Shown one piece after another: positions 9,685-20,181 of a stretch of DNA of 64,000 nt; positions within the stretch are counted from its first letter, which is position 1, and every line of letters starts with the position of its first letter. This DNA comes from Deferribacterales bacterium (lineage in GTDB: Bacteria > Chrysiogenota > Deferribacteres > Deferribacterales > Geovibrionaceae), in NCBI GenBank assembly GCA_050251945.1, contig JBFWLW010000001.1, positions 288,001-352,000 of the forward strand, given 5' to 3'. The position numbers were made by a program, and so were the translations under genes. The notes under the pieces were generated by a model. That model did no database searches. It was given only the letters and a program-made list of their open reading frames with translations, and had not been told where the DNA came from.

Positions 9685-9711
9685 ACCGCCGGACGTTTGT
9701 TATCCGGCGGT
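9685..9711. terminator. hairpin between convergent genes
   Basis: ACCGCCGGA...TCCGGCGGT inverted repeat. Confidence 0.6.
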
Positions 9712-9720
9712 ATATCTTTA

Positions 9721-10998
9721 TCAGTTCATTGGAAATTCAAAAACCACTCTGCCGCTTTTTATGGTATAAAGCGCGGCTCCTTTCAGTTTTTTACCCATGT
9801 AAGGAGTGTTAACGGATTTTGATTTATTCAGTTTGTTATCAAATACATACTCAAGCTCGGCATCAACAATGGCAATATCCGCCAGTTTACCCGCTGCTAT
9901 CTCGCCTCTGTCGGTCTTTTTGATGAGTTTCGCAGGATTGTAGGAAGTCAGCCTCACGAAAGCAGGCATGTCTATCACGCCTTTTTCAACCAGAGCCAGA
10001 GAGAGCGGAAGCATTGTCTGTATGCCGATTATGCCGAACGGAGCAAGATCGAATTCCTGCGCCTTTTCATCGGGGTGGTGGGGCGCGTGGTCTGTTACAA
10101 TGCAGTCTATGTCGCCGTTTCTCAGCCCCTCTATCATAGCGTCAACATCTTCCTGCGCGCGTAGCGGAGGGTTCATCTTACAGTTGGTGTCGTATGTCAG
10201 CAGTTCTTTTTCCGTAAGGGTGAAGTGGTGGGGAGTAACTTCGCAAGTTACATTATAACCCATGGATTTTGCCCATTTAATGAGGTCGAGAGTGCCTTTG
10301 GAGCTGATGTGGCAAATGTGAACGTGAGCGCCTGTGAGTTTTGACATAAGGATGTCGCGGGCGACCATTACCTCTTCACACTCGGAAGGGATGCCCTTAA
10401 GTCCTGTGATGGCAGAAACCTCGCCTTCGTGTATAACTCCCGCTCCTGCAAGGCTTTTGTCTTCAGCATGGCTTATTACGAAAGAACCGAACTGGGAAGA
10501 GTATTCAGCGGCGCGACGGAAAACCTCCGCACTGCAAACGGGTTTGCCGTCGTCAGAAAAGCCGATTGCTCCGCCTTCTGTCATATCGCCCATTTCTGTA
10601 AGTTCTTCGCCTTCCATCCCTTTTGTCATCGCGCCTATGGGGAAGAGGTCGATGAGACCGTCAGCCTGCGCTTTCTTTATCATGTATTCAGTGATTATTC
10701 TGTTGTCGTTGACAGGCTTAGTGTTTGCCATAGGGCAGACAGCGGTGACGCCGCCGGCAACAGCCGCCTTGCCGCCTGATGTGATATCCTCTTTGTATTC
10801 AAGTCCGGGATCACGAAAATGGACGTGGAGGTCGATAAGTCCCGGAACGGCATATTTTCCTTTGCAGTCAATGATTTTATCAGCTTTTTCGTCAGCGGAT
10901 GCCGTTACGGATGCGATGAATTCGCCGTCTATCAGTATATTGCCCTCTGTGACCTTATCATGATTGACAATCTTGCAGTTTTTAAGAAGCGTTTTCAT
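9721..10998 (-). CDS. pyrC: dihydroorotase
   Basis: [29 protein letters not shown]. Confidence 0.95.
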   Translation of the reverse strand: MKTLLKNCKIVNHDKVTEGNILIDGEFIASVTASADEKADKIIDCKGKYAVPGLIDLHVHFRDPGLEYKEDITSGGKAAVAGGVTAVCPMANTKPVNDNRIITEYMIKKAQADGLIDLFPIGAMTKGMEGEELTEMGDMTEGGAIGFSDDGKPVCSAEVFRRAAEYSSQFGSFVISHAEDKSLAGAGVIHEGEVSAITGLKGIPSECEEVMVARDILMSKLTGAHVHICHISSKGTLDLIKWAKSMGYNVTCEVTPHHFTLTEKELLTYDTNCKMNPPLRAQEDVDAMIEGLRNGDIDCIVTDHAPHHPDEKAQEFDLAPFGIIGIQTMLPLSLALVEKGVIDMPAFVRLTSYNPAKLIKKTDRGEIAAGKLADIAIVDAELEYVFDNKLNKSKSVNTPYMGKKLKGAALYTIKSGRVVFEFPMN

Positions 10999-11932
10999 CA
11001 ATTCCTCCCTTATTGTTTCCTATACCGAGAATATAAAGAGCCGCCATACGCACGGCGACACCGTTTGTAACCTGTTTAAGAACGCCTGACTGGTCGCTGT
11101 CGGCAACGTTGCTCATAAGTTCGACACCGCGGTTGATGGGGCCGGGGTGCATAACGAGAGCATCCGGTTTTGCAAGCGCCAGTTTATCTTTTGTCAGTCC
11201 GAAATATTTAGCATATTCTTTGGTGGAAGGTATAAGAAGCTTGCCCTGGCGCTCTCTCTGGATGCGGAGCATGATTATGACATCCGCGCCTTCGACAGCC
11301 TCGTTCATTGATTTGCAGACACGGCAGCCGAATACCTCTGAGTGTTTCGGGATCATGGTTGTGGGGCCGAAAAGGCGCACGTTAACGCCGAGTTTTGTCA
11401 TCGCCCATACGTCTGAGCGGGCAACGCGCGAGTGTGTGATATCGCCGATTATGGCCACCTCAAGCCCTTCCAGTCTGCCTTTGCTCTGTCTTATGGTGAG
11501 CATATCAAGAAGCGCCTGCGTCGGGTGTTCGTTGAGTCCGTCTCCGGCGTTAACGACCTTTGCGTCGGTATGTTCGGCAATGTATTTAACCGCACCGGAG
11601 TAGGAGTGGCGCACAACAAATATGTCTGATTTCATTGCTTCCATATTTTTTACAGTATCTATAAGGGTTTCGCCCTTTGTTGTACTGCTGGCGGAGGCAG
11701 TGAAATTTATAGTATCTGCGGAAAGCCTTTTTCCGGCTATCTCGAAAGAAGTTCTTGTTCTTGTGGATGCTTCAAAGAACAGGTTTATCACCGTTTTGCC
11801 TTTCAGAGTGGGTACTTTTTTTACGTCCCGCTCATTAATTTCGGTGAATTTCTGTGCTGTTTCCAGAAGATAAAGTATCTCATCTTTGGTCAAGTCCTTC
11901 ATCCCCAAAAGGTCTTTTCTTTTGTAAGCCAT
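10982..11932 (-). CDS. pyrB: aspartate carbamoyltransferase
   Basis: [29 protein letters not shown]. Confidence 0.97.
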   Translation of the reverse strand: MAYKRKDLLGMKDLTKDEILYLLETAQKFTEINERDVKKVPTLKGKTVINLFFEASTRTRTSFEIAGKRLSADTINFTASASSTTKGETLIDTVKNMEAMKSDIFVVRHSYSGAVKYIAEHTDAKVVNAGDGLNEHPTQALLDMLTIRQSKGRLEGLEVAIIGDITHSRVARSDVWAMTKLGVNVRLFGPTTMIPKHSEVFGCRVCKSMNEAVEGADVIIMLRIQRERQGKLLIPSTKEYAKYFGLTKDKLALAKPDALVMHPGPINRGVELMSNVADSDQSGVLKQVTNGVAVRMAALYILGIGNNKGGIDENAS

Positions 11933-11951
11933 TGTTTGACTCCTTTGTGTG

Positions 11952-12488
11952 CTAGGCTTTTTTATTTATTAATATACAATCACATCCGGCTTGTTCTTCA
12001 AGCATAACATCAACTATTTCACTGCGGGAGGTCGGCACTGTTTTGCCTGTGAAATCAGGCTGAATAGGCAGTTCCCTGTGTCCTCTGTCGATGAAAGCGG
12101 CAAGCAGGATTTTCTTCGGTCTTCCGTAGTCGATGAGCGCATCCAAAGCGGCTCTTGTGGTTCTTCCGGTATAGATGACATCGTCCACCAGCACGATATT
12201 TTTGCCTGTGATGTCAAAATCTATCTCCGTGCTTTGCAGAACAGGGTAGTCGTGGATGCTTGAAAGGTCGTCTCTGTAAAGGGTGATGTCCAGATATCCG
12301 ATTTTAATATCTTTTTTTCCCTCCTTTGCCAGAATATCCGCCATGCGTTTAGCAAGCACAGCACCGCCGCGTCTGATACCTATCAGACAAAAGCCGTCTT
12401 CGCTCCTGATGGCTTCCAGTATCTGAAACACCATCCGGTTCAGCGTTCGCGCCATCTCTTCCTTGTTCATTATCTCTTTTGCGGACAT
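11952..12488 (-). CDS. pyrR: PyrR regulator/uracil phosphoribosyltransferase
   Basis: [32 protein letters not shown]. Confidence 0.95.
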   Translation of the reverse strand: MSAKEIMNKEEMARTLNRMVFQILEAIRSEDGFCLIGIRRGGAVLAKRMADILAKEGKKDIKIGYLDITLYRDDLSSIHDYPVLQSTEIDFDITGKNIVLVDDVIYTGRTTRAALDALIDYGRPKKILLAAFIDRGHRELPIQPDFTGKTVPTSRSEIVDVMLEEQAGCDCILINKKA

Positions 12489-12508
12489 TTTTCAGCCTCC
12501 GTTTATTC

Positions 12509-12549
12509 AAAAAAAAAGCCTTTCAACCGCCCGTGGCGGCTAAAAGGCC
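12509..12549 (-). terminator. attenuator/terminator hairpin in the pyrR leader
   Basis: Minus strand GGCCUUUUAGCCGC-CACGG-GCGGUUGAAAGGC followed by U9, 20 nt before the pyrR start. Confidence 0.75.
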
Positions 12550-12558
12550 TGATACTCA

Positions 12559-12597
12559 TCAAAAAGGGTTTAAAAAGTTAATTCGTTCTGTCATCAT
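12559..12597 (-). CDS. putative 12-aa pyr leader peptide MMTERINFLNPF
   Basis: ATGATG...TGA with a second TGA, GAAGGTG upstream, ends 10 nt before the terminator hairpin. Confidence 0.4.
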   Translation of the reverse strand: MMTERINFLNPF

Positions 12598-12608
12598 TCA
12601 CCTTCGAG

Positions 12609-12638
12609 ATAATAGCCTCTGCCATTTTAACTTGTCAA
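12609..12638 (-). promoter_or_regulatory. sigma70 promoter of pyrRBC
   Basis: Minus strand TTGACA (12638-12633), 18 nt spacer, TATTAT (12614-12609). Confidence 0.6.
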
Positions 12639-12707
12639 CGAATTTTCTTGAAAAAAATCTGTTGATTCTATAAACTATTCAATAAATAAAGATTTTGAGA
12701 GGACACT

Positions 12708-13103
12708 ATGAAATTACATAAAATACTTATTGTCGTCGTTGCCGCTTTTGTCATGTATAGCTGTATTCCCGCACCCCTTATTTTTGGAGGGGCAGCAGGT
12801 GGAGCAGTATACACAACAACAAACGACACGATCACCGACGTCTTCACTATGCCCAAAGAGCGTGCTTTTGAAGCTCTCATAGGCATACTGAACGAAGAGA
12901 ACGCGCAGATAACCCTCTCAAGCATTGCTGATGGTAAAATCGAAGCCCGTACAAGCACTTCCGTTATATATATAACAATTGTACCGTTTAACGCAGACAG
13001 CATAAAAATCACTTTCAGCGCTAAAAAACACGTTGAGCTTATCCCTGACAAAGATACAGCCGTCAGAATCTACAGACTGTTTATCAAGGAAACTATTAAA
13101 TGA
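12708..13103 (+). CDS. lipoprotein (DUF3568-like)
   Basis: Lipobox-like MYSC followed by GGAAGGAVY glycine-rich segment. Confidence 0.65.
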   Translation: MKLHKILIVVVAAFVMYSCIPAPLIFGGAAGGAVYTTTNDTITDVFTMPKERAFEALIGILNEENAQITLSSIADGKIEARTSTSVIYITIVPFNADSIKITFSAKKHVELIPDKDTAVRIYRLFIKETIK

Positions 13104-13549
13104 TAAGAAAAGCTGTTATGTCGGATGCAAAAAACATCCAGACACTTGTTAATACTCATGCCAAAGAGGGACTTATGCTCCCGGTCGGCATAAACGAGAT
13201 ATACGAAAAAATACTTGAATTCGTCGTTTGGGACGAAGGCGGAGAAATCCTCGGCTGTTGCGCGATGCACCCCACATGGGAAAATCTCGCCGAGATACGT
13301 TCCGTTGCCGTAAGTAAATACAGCATAAAAAAAGGTATAGGTACTGCTGTTGTTGAAAGCGCCATGCAGATGGCAAGAGACGTCGGCATAACAGATGCTT
13401 TTCTCCTTACGTATCAGCCAGTTTTCTTCGGTAAACTGGGTTTTGTCGAGATAGAAAAAGAAAATCTTCCCAAAAAGATATGGTCTGATTGCCTGAAATG
13501 TGCTAAGTTTCCCGACTGCGACGAAATTGCCATGAAACGGAAATTATGA
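13100..13549 (+). CDS. GNAT N-acetyltransferase, short ArgA-like N-acetylglutamate synthase
   Basis: LAEIRSVAV, LPKKIWSDCLKCAKFPDCDEIAM. Confidence 0.8.
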   Translation: MIRKAVMSDAKNIQTLVNTHAKEGLMLPVGINEIYEKILEFVVWDEGGEILGCCAMHPTWENLAEIRSVAVSKYSIKKGIGTAVVESAMQMARDVGITDAFLLTYQPVFFGKLGFVEIEKENLPKKIWSDCLKCAKFPDCDEIAMKRKL

Positions 13550-14859
13550 ACTATGATATAAAGCGTATTCTGGAGCGCCACAGCGGATTTTATGACAACG
13601 TTACCGTGACGGTTTCAGAATCTGTTTCAAAATCTGTCCTGCTGAACGAAAAGATCGTTGAAAGCATTGATATAGGCTCGGAAACGGGTGTTATTATACG
13701 TGCATTCAAAGACGGCAGGATAGTTTCAATGTGTTCGGACGGTTTAAACCCCGACGCTATCGAAAGTTTTCTTACAGAACATCAAAATGTTATAATGGCA
13801 CTGCCGGAAGACGTTCACAATGTTCCGTTTAAACCGGAATACTCGGAAGACTTTATCCAGAATGACGGTGAATTTGAATCGCTCACCACGGTTCGTATGG
13901 CTGAAATGGCGCTTGAAGCCGTTGAAACGGCAAGAGCCACCGATATAAGGGTCAAATCTGTGAATCAGTCGGGTATCACGGCTGCAAAAAATTATACCAG
14001 AATAATAAGCCCGTTCTGCAGCGACCTTTACTCTGAAAAAATACACTATTCTTCATACACATACGTTGTTGCATCCCATAAAGGCGAACAGGAGGGATAC
14101 AGCATGGCGGACAGCACCGCGCTGAGGTCTCTTGAACATGTCAGGGCGGCAGAAGATGCTGCGAATTCTGCATGTACGCTGCTGGGAGCAAAAAAACTTA
14201 AAACAGGAAAATACGGCGTTCTTTTAAATCCCGGCGTTATGGCGGATTTTCTCGATATAATTGTTGAGCTGGTGAACGCAGATAATGTTTATAAAAAAAT
14301 AAGCATGCTCGGAAACAGACTTGGCAAATCAGCGGCATCGGAAGTTTTTTCTCTGTTCGATGATCCGAAAGTCAGAGGCGGTGTCGGTACGAGAAACTTT
14401 GACGACGAAGGACACCATACGGGACTTACCCCTATATTTGCCAACGGAATACTGGATTCTTTCCTGCATAACAGCTACACGGCATCCGCCCTTGGGATGC
14501 GCAACACAGGAAACGCGCAGTCCGGCAACGGCGGAAGCATGGGGATCGGAGTATCCAACCTTATTTTAAAAGCAAGTACCGATAAAATGCCTTATGATTT
14601 TATAAACGAATATGTTAAAGTCACAGACGTGATGGGTATGCATACTGCAGACACTGTCAGCGGTGATTTTTCAGTAGGTATATCCGGCGTGCTTATTCGC
14701 GGTCGGGAGGTTGTGCATCCTTTCCGTGAAGCTGTGCTTTCAGGCAATCTGAAAGACCTGCTGAAAGGCATGGTTGCCGTTTTTGAAGATTACAGAACTT
14801 ATGCGGGGGTGACATCCGCCTCTGCACTTTTTGATAAAATGACTGTCAGCGGAGAATAA
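13546..14859 (+). CDS. TldE/PmbA family protein
   Basis: FDDEG, HNSYTA, TGNA, MGMHTADTVSGDFS, SGNLKDLL. Confidence 0.85.
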   Translation: MNYDIKRILERHSGFYDNVTVTVSESVSKSVLLNEKIVESIDIGSETGVIIRAFKDGRIVSMCSDGLNPDAIESFLTEHQNVIMALPEDVHNVPFKPEYSEDFIQNDGEFESLTTVRMAEMALEAVETARATDIRVKSVNQSGITAAKNYTRIISPFCSDLYSEKIHYSSYTYVVASHKGEQEGYSMADSTALRSLEHVRAAEDAANSACTLLGAKKLKTGKYGVLLNPGVMADFLDIIVELVNADNVYKKISMLGNRLGKSAASEVFSLFDDPKVRGGVGTRNFDDEGHHTGLTPIFANGILDSFLHNSYTASALGMRNTGNAQSGNGGSMGIGVSNLILKASTDKMPYDFINEYVKVTDVMGMHTADTVSGDFSVGISGVLIRGREVVHPFREAVLSGNLKDLLKGMVAVFEDYRTYAGVTSASALFDKMTVSGE

Positions 14860-14865
14860 TTTTTT

Positions 14866-15981
14866 ATGATGATCGACGAAATAATCAGCGAAGCGGAGAA
14901 ACTTAACAAAGAGGTGGCGAGCTTTGCTACTGCGATGAATGAGGACGAACTCAGGAAAAAGATCGCAAAAATAGATGAAATGTCCATGAACGATCCGGAG
15001 TTCTGGAACAAAAAAGAGTCCAAACTGGTTCTGAAAGAACAGTCCACTCTTAAGAAAAAGCTTGAATCGTGGGAAGAGCTTCTGACACTTCGTGATGATA
15101 CGGAGGTTCTTCTTGAACTTATAAAAGAGGGTGAAGAAGGGCTTGACGGCGATATTGAAGTTGCTATCAAATCGTTCTCCAAAAAAGTCCGTGAATTCGA
15201 GCTTCAGCTTGTTCTCAGCGGCCCTAACGACGCGAACAACGCCATCATCACAATCAACTCCGGCGCGGGCGGAACGGAAGCCAGCGACTGGGCGTCCATG
15301 CTCTACAGGATGTACATCCGATTCGCAGAGATAAGAGGCTTTAAATACGAAATACTTGATTATATGGAAGGTGACGAGGCGGGTATCAAGAACGCCACGA
15401 TAAACATCAAAGGTTCTTTCTGCTATGGATATCTCAAAGGCGAGGTCGGTGTTCACAGGCTTGTTCGCATATCTCCTTTCGATTCCGCAAACAGAAGGCA
15501 CACGTCCTTTGCGGCTGTTTTCGTTATGCCTGAGATTGAGGACGACATTGAGGTCGAGATAAACGAAGGGGATCTCCAGATTGATACATACAGAGCAGGC
15601 GGCGCAGGCGGTCAGCACATTAACACCACCGATTCGGCAGTTCGCATCACGCACATGCCCACAGGCATAGTTGTTACCTGTCAGTCCGAACGGAGCCAGC
15701 ACAAAAACAAGGCACACGCCATGAAGATCCTTAAATCAAGAATATACGAACACGAACTTGAGAAAAAGAACGAAGAGAAGCAGAAACTGGAAAGCACCAA
15801 AACCGATATCGGCTGGGGCAACCAGATAAGATCATATGTTATGCACCCTTACAAAATGGTGAAAGACCTGCGCACCCGCCACGAAACAGGCAATGTGGAC
15901 TCTGTGATGGACGGAAACCTCGATGCTTTCATCCGTGCGTATCTGCTGCACAACGCAGGAATAGAGTATGACAAAGACTAA
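14866..15981 (+). CDS. prfB: peptide chain release factor 2 (single ORF, no frameshift)
   Basis: SPF tripeptide (RISPFD), GGQ motif, GWGNQIRSY. Confidence 0.96.
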   Translation: MMIDEIISEAEKLNKEVASFATAMNEDELRKKIAKIDEMSMNDPEFWNKKESKLVLKEQSTLKKKLESWEELLTLRDDTEVLLELIKEGEEGLDGDIEVAIKSFSKKVREFELQLVLSGPNDANNAIITINSGAGGTEASDWASMLYRMYIRFAEIRGFKYEILDYMEGDEAGIKNATINIKGSFCYGYLKGEVGVHRLVRISPFDSANRRHTSFAAVFVMPEIEDDIEVEINEGDLQIDTYRAGGAGGQHINTTDSAVRITHMPTGIVVTCQSERSQHKNKAHAMKILKSRIYEHELEKKNEEKQKLESTKTDIGWGNQIRSYVMHPYKMVKDLRTRHETGNVDSVMDGNLDAFIRAYLLHNAGIEYDKD

Positions 15982-17056
15982 GATCAAATCCCTGAGACCG
16001 ACATACGCCGAAATTGACCTTCAGGCGTTCGGTCATAACATTGAACAGGCGAGGGCGAAAGCAGGCACCGACATCATCGCCATCGTGAAAGCGGACGGAT
16101 ACGGACATGGAGCAATGAAACTCGCCGCATACGCCTATGAAAAACATAAGGTCAAAAAATTCGGCGTGGCTACTATCCTTGAAGGCATGATACTGCGCGA
16201 ATACCTCGGCAGCGAACCGATGATATTCATCCTCGGCTACGTTGACGGCGATTTCTTCGACGACGTGCTTGAATACAACCTCGTACTTAACATGGTCGAT
16301 GAAAAATTTGCATCCGCCTTCAATAATTTTCTTGGAAAAATGAACCGAACGGCATATGTGTCTGTCAAGATTGACACTGGCATGAACAGACTCGGGTTTT
16401 CACCCGAAATGCCTTTCACTGATTTTGTTTCGAGGTATGAGAATCTCCGGCCTGTCCATGTGATGAGCCACCTTTCCTCATCCGACAGCGACGCGGAATA
16501 TACCGAAGAACAGATAAAGATATTTGAAAAATATATTGTTGATAATGGTATAACATGCAATACGAGCCTTTTTAACTCGTCCGGTGTTTCCGCTTTTAAC
16601 AATAAATTTTCACTCGCCAGACCGGGACTGATGCTTTACGGCTACCTTTACGGCGAAAACAATGTTACACTCAGAAAAGTTATGAGCATCTATTCAAAAG
16701 TTGTTCATGTTAAACAGATAAAGAAAGGCGAAGCGGTCAGCTATAACAGGCGGTTCTTCGCTGAAAAAGATATGACATACGGTGTTGTGCCTATAGGTTA
16801 TGCCGACGGTTACCAGCGCTGTTTCTCCAATGTCAGCCACATGCTTGTGAACGGAGTAAAATGTCCGGTTATAGGTAGTGTGTGCATGGACATGACCATG
16901 ATAGATCTTTCAGACGTTGATATAAACAGCGAAATGAGGGTTGAAATCATGGGCGAAAACATTACGGCAGACATGTGGGCAGGGTGGGCAAACACTATCT
17001 CATATGAGATGCTGTGCGGTATTTCTGATAGAATACCAAGAATTTATCTAGGCTAA
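15968..17056 (+). CDS. alr: alanine racemase
   Basis: AIVKADGYGHG, KIDTGMNRLG, IGYADG, VCMD. Confidence 0.95.
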   Translation: MTKTKIKSLRPTYAEIDLQAFGHNIEQARAKAGTDIIAIVKADGYGHGAMKLAAYAYEKHKVKKFGVATILEGMILREYLGSEPMIFILGYVDGDFFDDVLEYNLVLNMVDEKFASAFNNFLGKMNRTAYVSVKIDTGMNRLGFSPEMPFTDFVSRYENLRPVHVMSHLSSSDSDAEYTEEQIKIFEKYIVDNGITCNTSLFNSSGVSAFNNKFSLARPGLMLYGYLYGENNVTLRKVMSIYSKVVHVKQIKKGEAVSYNRRFFAEKDMTYGVVPIGYADGYQRCFSNVSHMLVNGVKCPVIGSVCMDMTMIDLSDVDINSEMRVEIMGENITADMWAGWANTISYEMLCGISDRIPRIYLG

Positions 17057-17064
17057 AGGGGTTT

Positions 17065-17835
17065 ATGGAAAGAGTATTAAGTTTTTTCGGAAGACCGCTT
17101 GTAAGTTTCGTTGAAGTAGCAGGGCATATGGCTCTTTTATTTTATTCGACAATTAAACTGATGTTTAAAAAGCCGTTCCGTACAAAACTTCTTTTAAAGC
17201 AGATTGAGTTCATCGGCGCTAACTCTCTGTCGGTAATAATACTGACAGGAAGTTTCACCGGCATGGTATTTGCGTTTCAAAGTTATATCGGCTTTCATAA
17301 ATTCGGAGCCGATCAGCTTGTGGGAACCGTAGTTGCCCTTGCGATGGCAAGAGAGCTGGGTCCGGTGCTTTCGGCAATAATGGTTGCCGCACGCGCAGGT
17401 TCCGCCATAACAGCGGAAATAGGCACAATGAAGGTTACTGAACAGGTGGATGCACTGAACGCAATGGCTGTTGACCCCGTTCATTATCTTTTCGTACCGC
17501 GAATCCTCGCCGGACTTATCGTTATGCCAATGCTGAACGCTATCACAGTGCTTTGCGGGGTTGTTGGCGGATATCTGGTCAGTATAAACGTTCTCGGCAT
17601 CAACAAGACCCTTTATCTCGATTACATGTATACTTACATAGAGTTTGACGACTTTGCCAACGGTATGATGAAATCTCTGGTTTTTGGCGGAATAGTGACA
17701 CTTGTGGGCTGTTACAAAGGATTTATGACACGCGGCGGCGCAGAAGGTGTCGGACGGGCCACAACAGAATCGGTCGTTATGGCTTGTGTGCTGATTCTTA
17801 TTTTCGACTATATACTTACGGCATTTATGTTCTAA
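17065..17835 (+). CDS. mlaE: MlaE-family ABC permease
   Basis: RELGPVL, AEIGTMKVTEQVDAL, GAEGVGRATT. Confidence 0.93.
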   Translation: MERVLSFFGRPLVSFVEVAGHMALLFYSTIKLMFKKPFRTKLLLKQIEFIGANSLSVIILTGSFTGMVFAFQSYIGFHKFGADQLVGTVVALAMARELGPVLSAIMVAARAGSAITAEIGTMKVTEQVDALNAMAVDPVHYLFVPRILAGLIVMPMLNAITVLCGVVGGYLVSINVLGINKTLYLDYMYTYIEFDDFANGMMKSLVFGGIVTLVGCYKGFMTRGGAEGVGRATTESVVMACVLILIFDYILTAFMF

Positions 17836-17843
17836 GGTGGCAA

Positions 17844-18599
17844 ATGGAATACGCGATAGAATGTTTAGATCTGCATAAAAGTTTCGGAATACATAAGATA
17901 CATAAGGGGATCAACCTTAAAATAGTTAAGGGTGCGATAACCTATATCATAGGACCTTCCGGAACCGGTAAATCTGTTCTTCTGAAACAGCTCTGCGGAC
18001 TTATGTCACCGACAACAGGCAAGGTGATTGTAAACGGTCAGGACATTACCGTTATGAAGCCGGAAGAGCTTGTGCAGATGCGCAAAAAATTCGGAATACT
18101 GTTCCAGAACGCCGCTCTTTTCGATTCCATGAACGTACATGAAAACGTAGCGTTTCCCCTTGTGGAACATACAAAATTTTCAAAAAGCGAGATTGACAGG
18201 ATAGTGAAAGAGAAGTTAAGGCTTGTGGGACTTCGGAATATAGAAGACAAGATGCCGTCGGAACTTTCGGGCGGTATGAGAAAAAGAGTGGGGCTGGCAA
18301 GGGCGATTGCTCTGGAGCCTGATATAATGCTCTATGACGAACCCACAACAGGTCTTGACCCCATCATGTGCGACGTGGTGGACAACCTGATAAACGATAC
18401 GCAGAAAGAGTTGGGGATAACGTCCATCGTAATCTCCCATGATATAGAGAGTACACTGAAAATTGCAGATTATATAGCAATGCTTTATGACGGAAAGGTT
18501 GTGCTTTACGGCACTTCCGAAGATTTTAAAACCACAGATAACCCTTATGTGAAGCAGTTCTTCTCAGCTTCAAAAGAGGGACCTATCAAAATCATGTAG
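17844..18599 (+). CDS. mlaF: MlaF-family ABC ATPase
   Basis: GPSGTGKS, FQNAALFDS, LSGGMRKRVGLARA, YDEPTTGLDP. Confidence 0.92.
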   Translation: MEYAIECLDLHKSFGIHKIHKGINLKIVKGAITYIIGPSGTGKSVLLKQLCGLMSPTTGKVIVNGQDITVMKPEELVQMRKKFGILFQNAALFDSMNVHENVAFPLVEHTKFSKSEIDRIVKEKLRLVGLRNIEDKMPSELSGGMRKRVGLARAIALEPDIMLYDEPTTGLDPIMCDVVDNLINDTQKELGITSIVISHDIESTLKIADYIAMLYDGKVVLYGTSEDFKTTDNPYVKQFFSASKEGPIKIM

Positions 18600-18611
18600 C
18601 GGAGTATTTTT

Positions 18612-20180
18612 ATGAAGATGGGACTTGAAGCTAAAGTCGGATTATTCGTGGTCGGCTGTCTTGTGATTATCGGAGCGATGTCACTGAAACTGGTGGATCT
18701 TTCATTCTCCGGCGGCAGCGGAGTGCACATACAGGCTGTTGTTGATGATGCATCCGGACTGACAAAGGATGCAGCCGTTATTTTCAGCGGAGTCGAAGTC
18801 GGAAAGGTCAAAGATATTAAGCTGGAAAACGGAAAAGCAGTCGTTAACATACTTATAGATAAGGAATACACCCTTCCTTCAAATCTTATTCTGTCTGTCC
18901 GCTCCAAAGGGTTCCTTGGTGAGAAATACGCCGAACTTAAAGTGGCGGGCGGTAAAGCGGAAGGTGTGATATCCGATGGAGCCTCAATAACATCCGAAAC
19001 CTCCGGAACGGATTTTGACGTTCTCGGCAACAAAATAGGCAATATCGCAGACGACATTAAAGCTATCACCGCTTCACTTCGCAAAGTTCTGGCGACAAAC
19101 GAAGCCGAAAGCAATATGTCCACAACAATATCAAACATCCGTGAAATCACAGATGCGGTCAACTCCATCGTTAAAAACAACGAAAACCGTGTGAATGCAA
19201 TAATGTATAACGTTGATGCGCTGACGAGACAGCTTGCCGACATAACAACAGCCAACGCAGACAACGTTAATCAGATAATAGCCAATATCAACTCCATCAC
19301 AAAAGATATGAAAGCGGAAACCCCTGCTATCGCTAAGAACCTTTCAAGCATAACAGGCGACATGAACGAAATTATCGGCGGCAACAAAGATGATATCAAC
19401 AGTTCTATTAAAAACATAAGCACCGTTACCGCTAAACTTGAAAAAACAGTTGATAACCTTAACGATATCACCGGCAAGATAAGCGAAGGCAAGGGAACAA
19501 TAGGTAAACTGGTGAACGACGAAACAACAGTAGATAACCTCAACGGCGCTCTTGTGGGGCTGAAAGACACTCTTGGCAAGCTGAACGAGTTTAAAGTAGA
19601 CCTCGCTTTCTTTGCAGAGAGATACGGCGAAAGCAATCAGTCGAAAGGTCACGCCACTGTTAAAATCACTCCCAGCAAAGAAAGATACTATCTGCTCGGT
19701 CTCTCCAGCCACCCCGACGGTATAAATAAGAAGACCATTACGAACGAAACTGTTACATATGCAAACGGTGAAGATGGGGGTACGGACGGAGACTATACCA
19801 GAACAACAGTCACCAACAAACGTAACCCCGGCAGTATGACCTTCACAGTCATGTATGCAAACAGGTTCTGGGATAACTACTTCTTCCGAGTAGGTCTGAA
19901 AGAGTCAGAAGCAGGCGTTGGTCTTGATTACCACCCGCTGAAGGACGAAGACAAGCTGATACTTTCCGCAGACCTGTATGACTTCCCCGACAAAGACGAT
20001 GACAGAAAGGCGCACGCGAAAGCAACCGCAAAATATGTCTTCTATAAAAACCTTTTTATGCAAGCAGGTTATGATGACTTCCTGAACAAGGACGACAAGT
20101 CCTGGTTTGTGGGCGGTGGTGTTCAGTTCCGCGACGACGACCTTAAATACCTCCTCGGCAAAGTGCCGATGCCCAACTAA
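18612..20180 (+). CDS. mlaD: long MCE/MlaD protein with helical repeats and C-terminal beta-rich domain
   Basis: N-terminal TM helix, ASGL...V..SGVEVGKV, GFLGEKY; long heptad region; alternating-pattern beta C-terminus. Confidence 0.88.
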   Translation: MKMGLEAKVGLFVVGCLVIIGAMSLKLVDLSFSGGSGVHIQAVVDDASGLTKDAAVIFSGVEVGKVKDIKLENGKAVVNILIDKEYTLPSNLILSVRSKGFLGEKYAELKVAGGKAEGVISDGASITSETSGTDFDVLGNKIGNIADDIKAITASLRKVLATNEAESNMSTTISNIREITDAVNSIVKNNENRVNAIMYNVDALTRQLADITTANADNVNQIIANINSITKDMKAETPAIAKNLSSITGDMNEIIGGNKDDINSSIKNISTVTAKLEKTVDNLNDITGKISEGKGTIGKLVNDETTVDNLNGALVGLKDTLGKLNEFKVDLAFFAERYGESNQSKGHATVKITPSKERYYLLGLSSHPDGINKKTITNETVTYANGEDGGTDGDYTRTTVTNKRNPGSMTFTVMYANRFWDNYFFRVGLKESEAGVGLDYHPLKDEDKLILSADLYDFPDKDDDRKAHAKATAKYVFYKNLFMQAGYDDFLNKDDKSWFVGGGVQFRDDDLKYLLGKVPMPN

Positions 20181-20181
20181 G

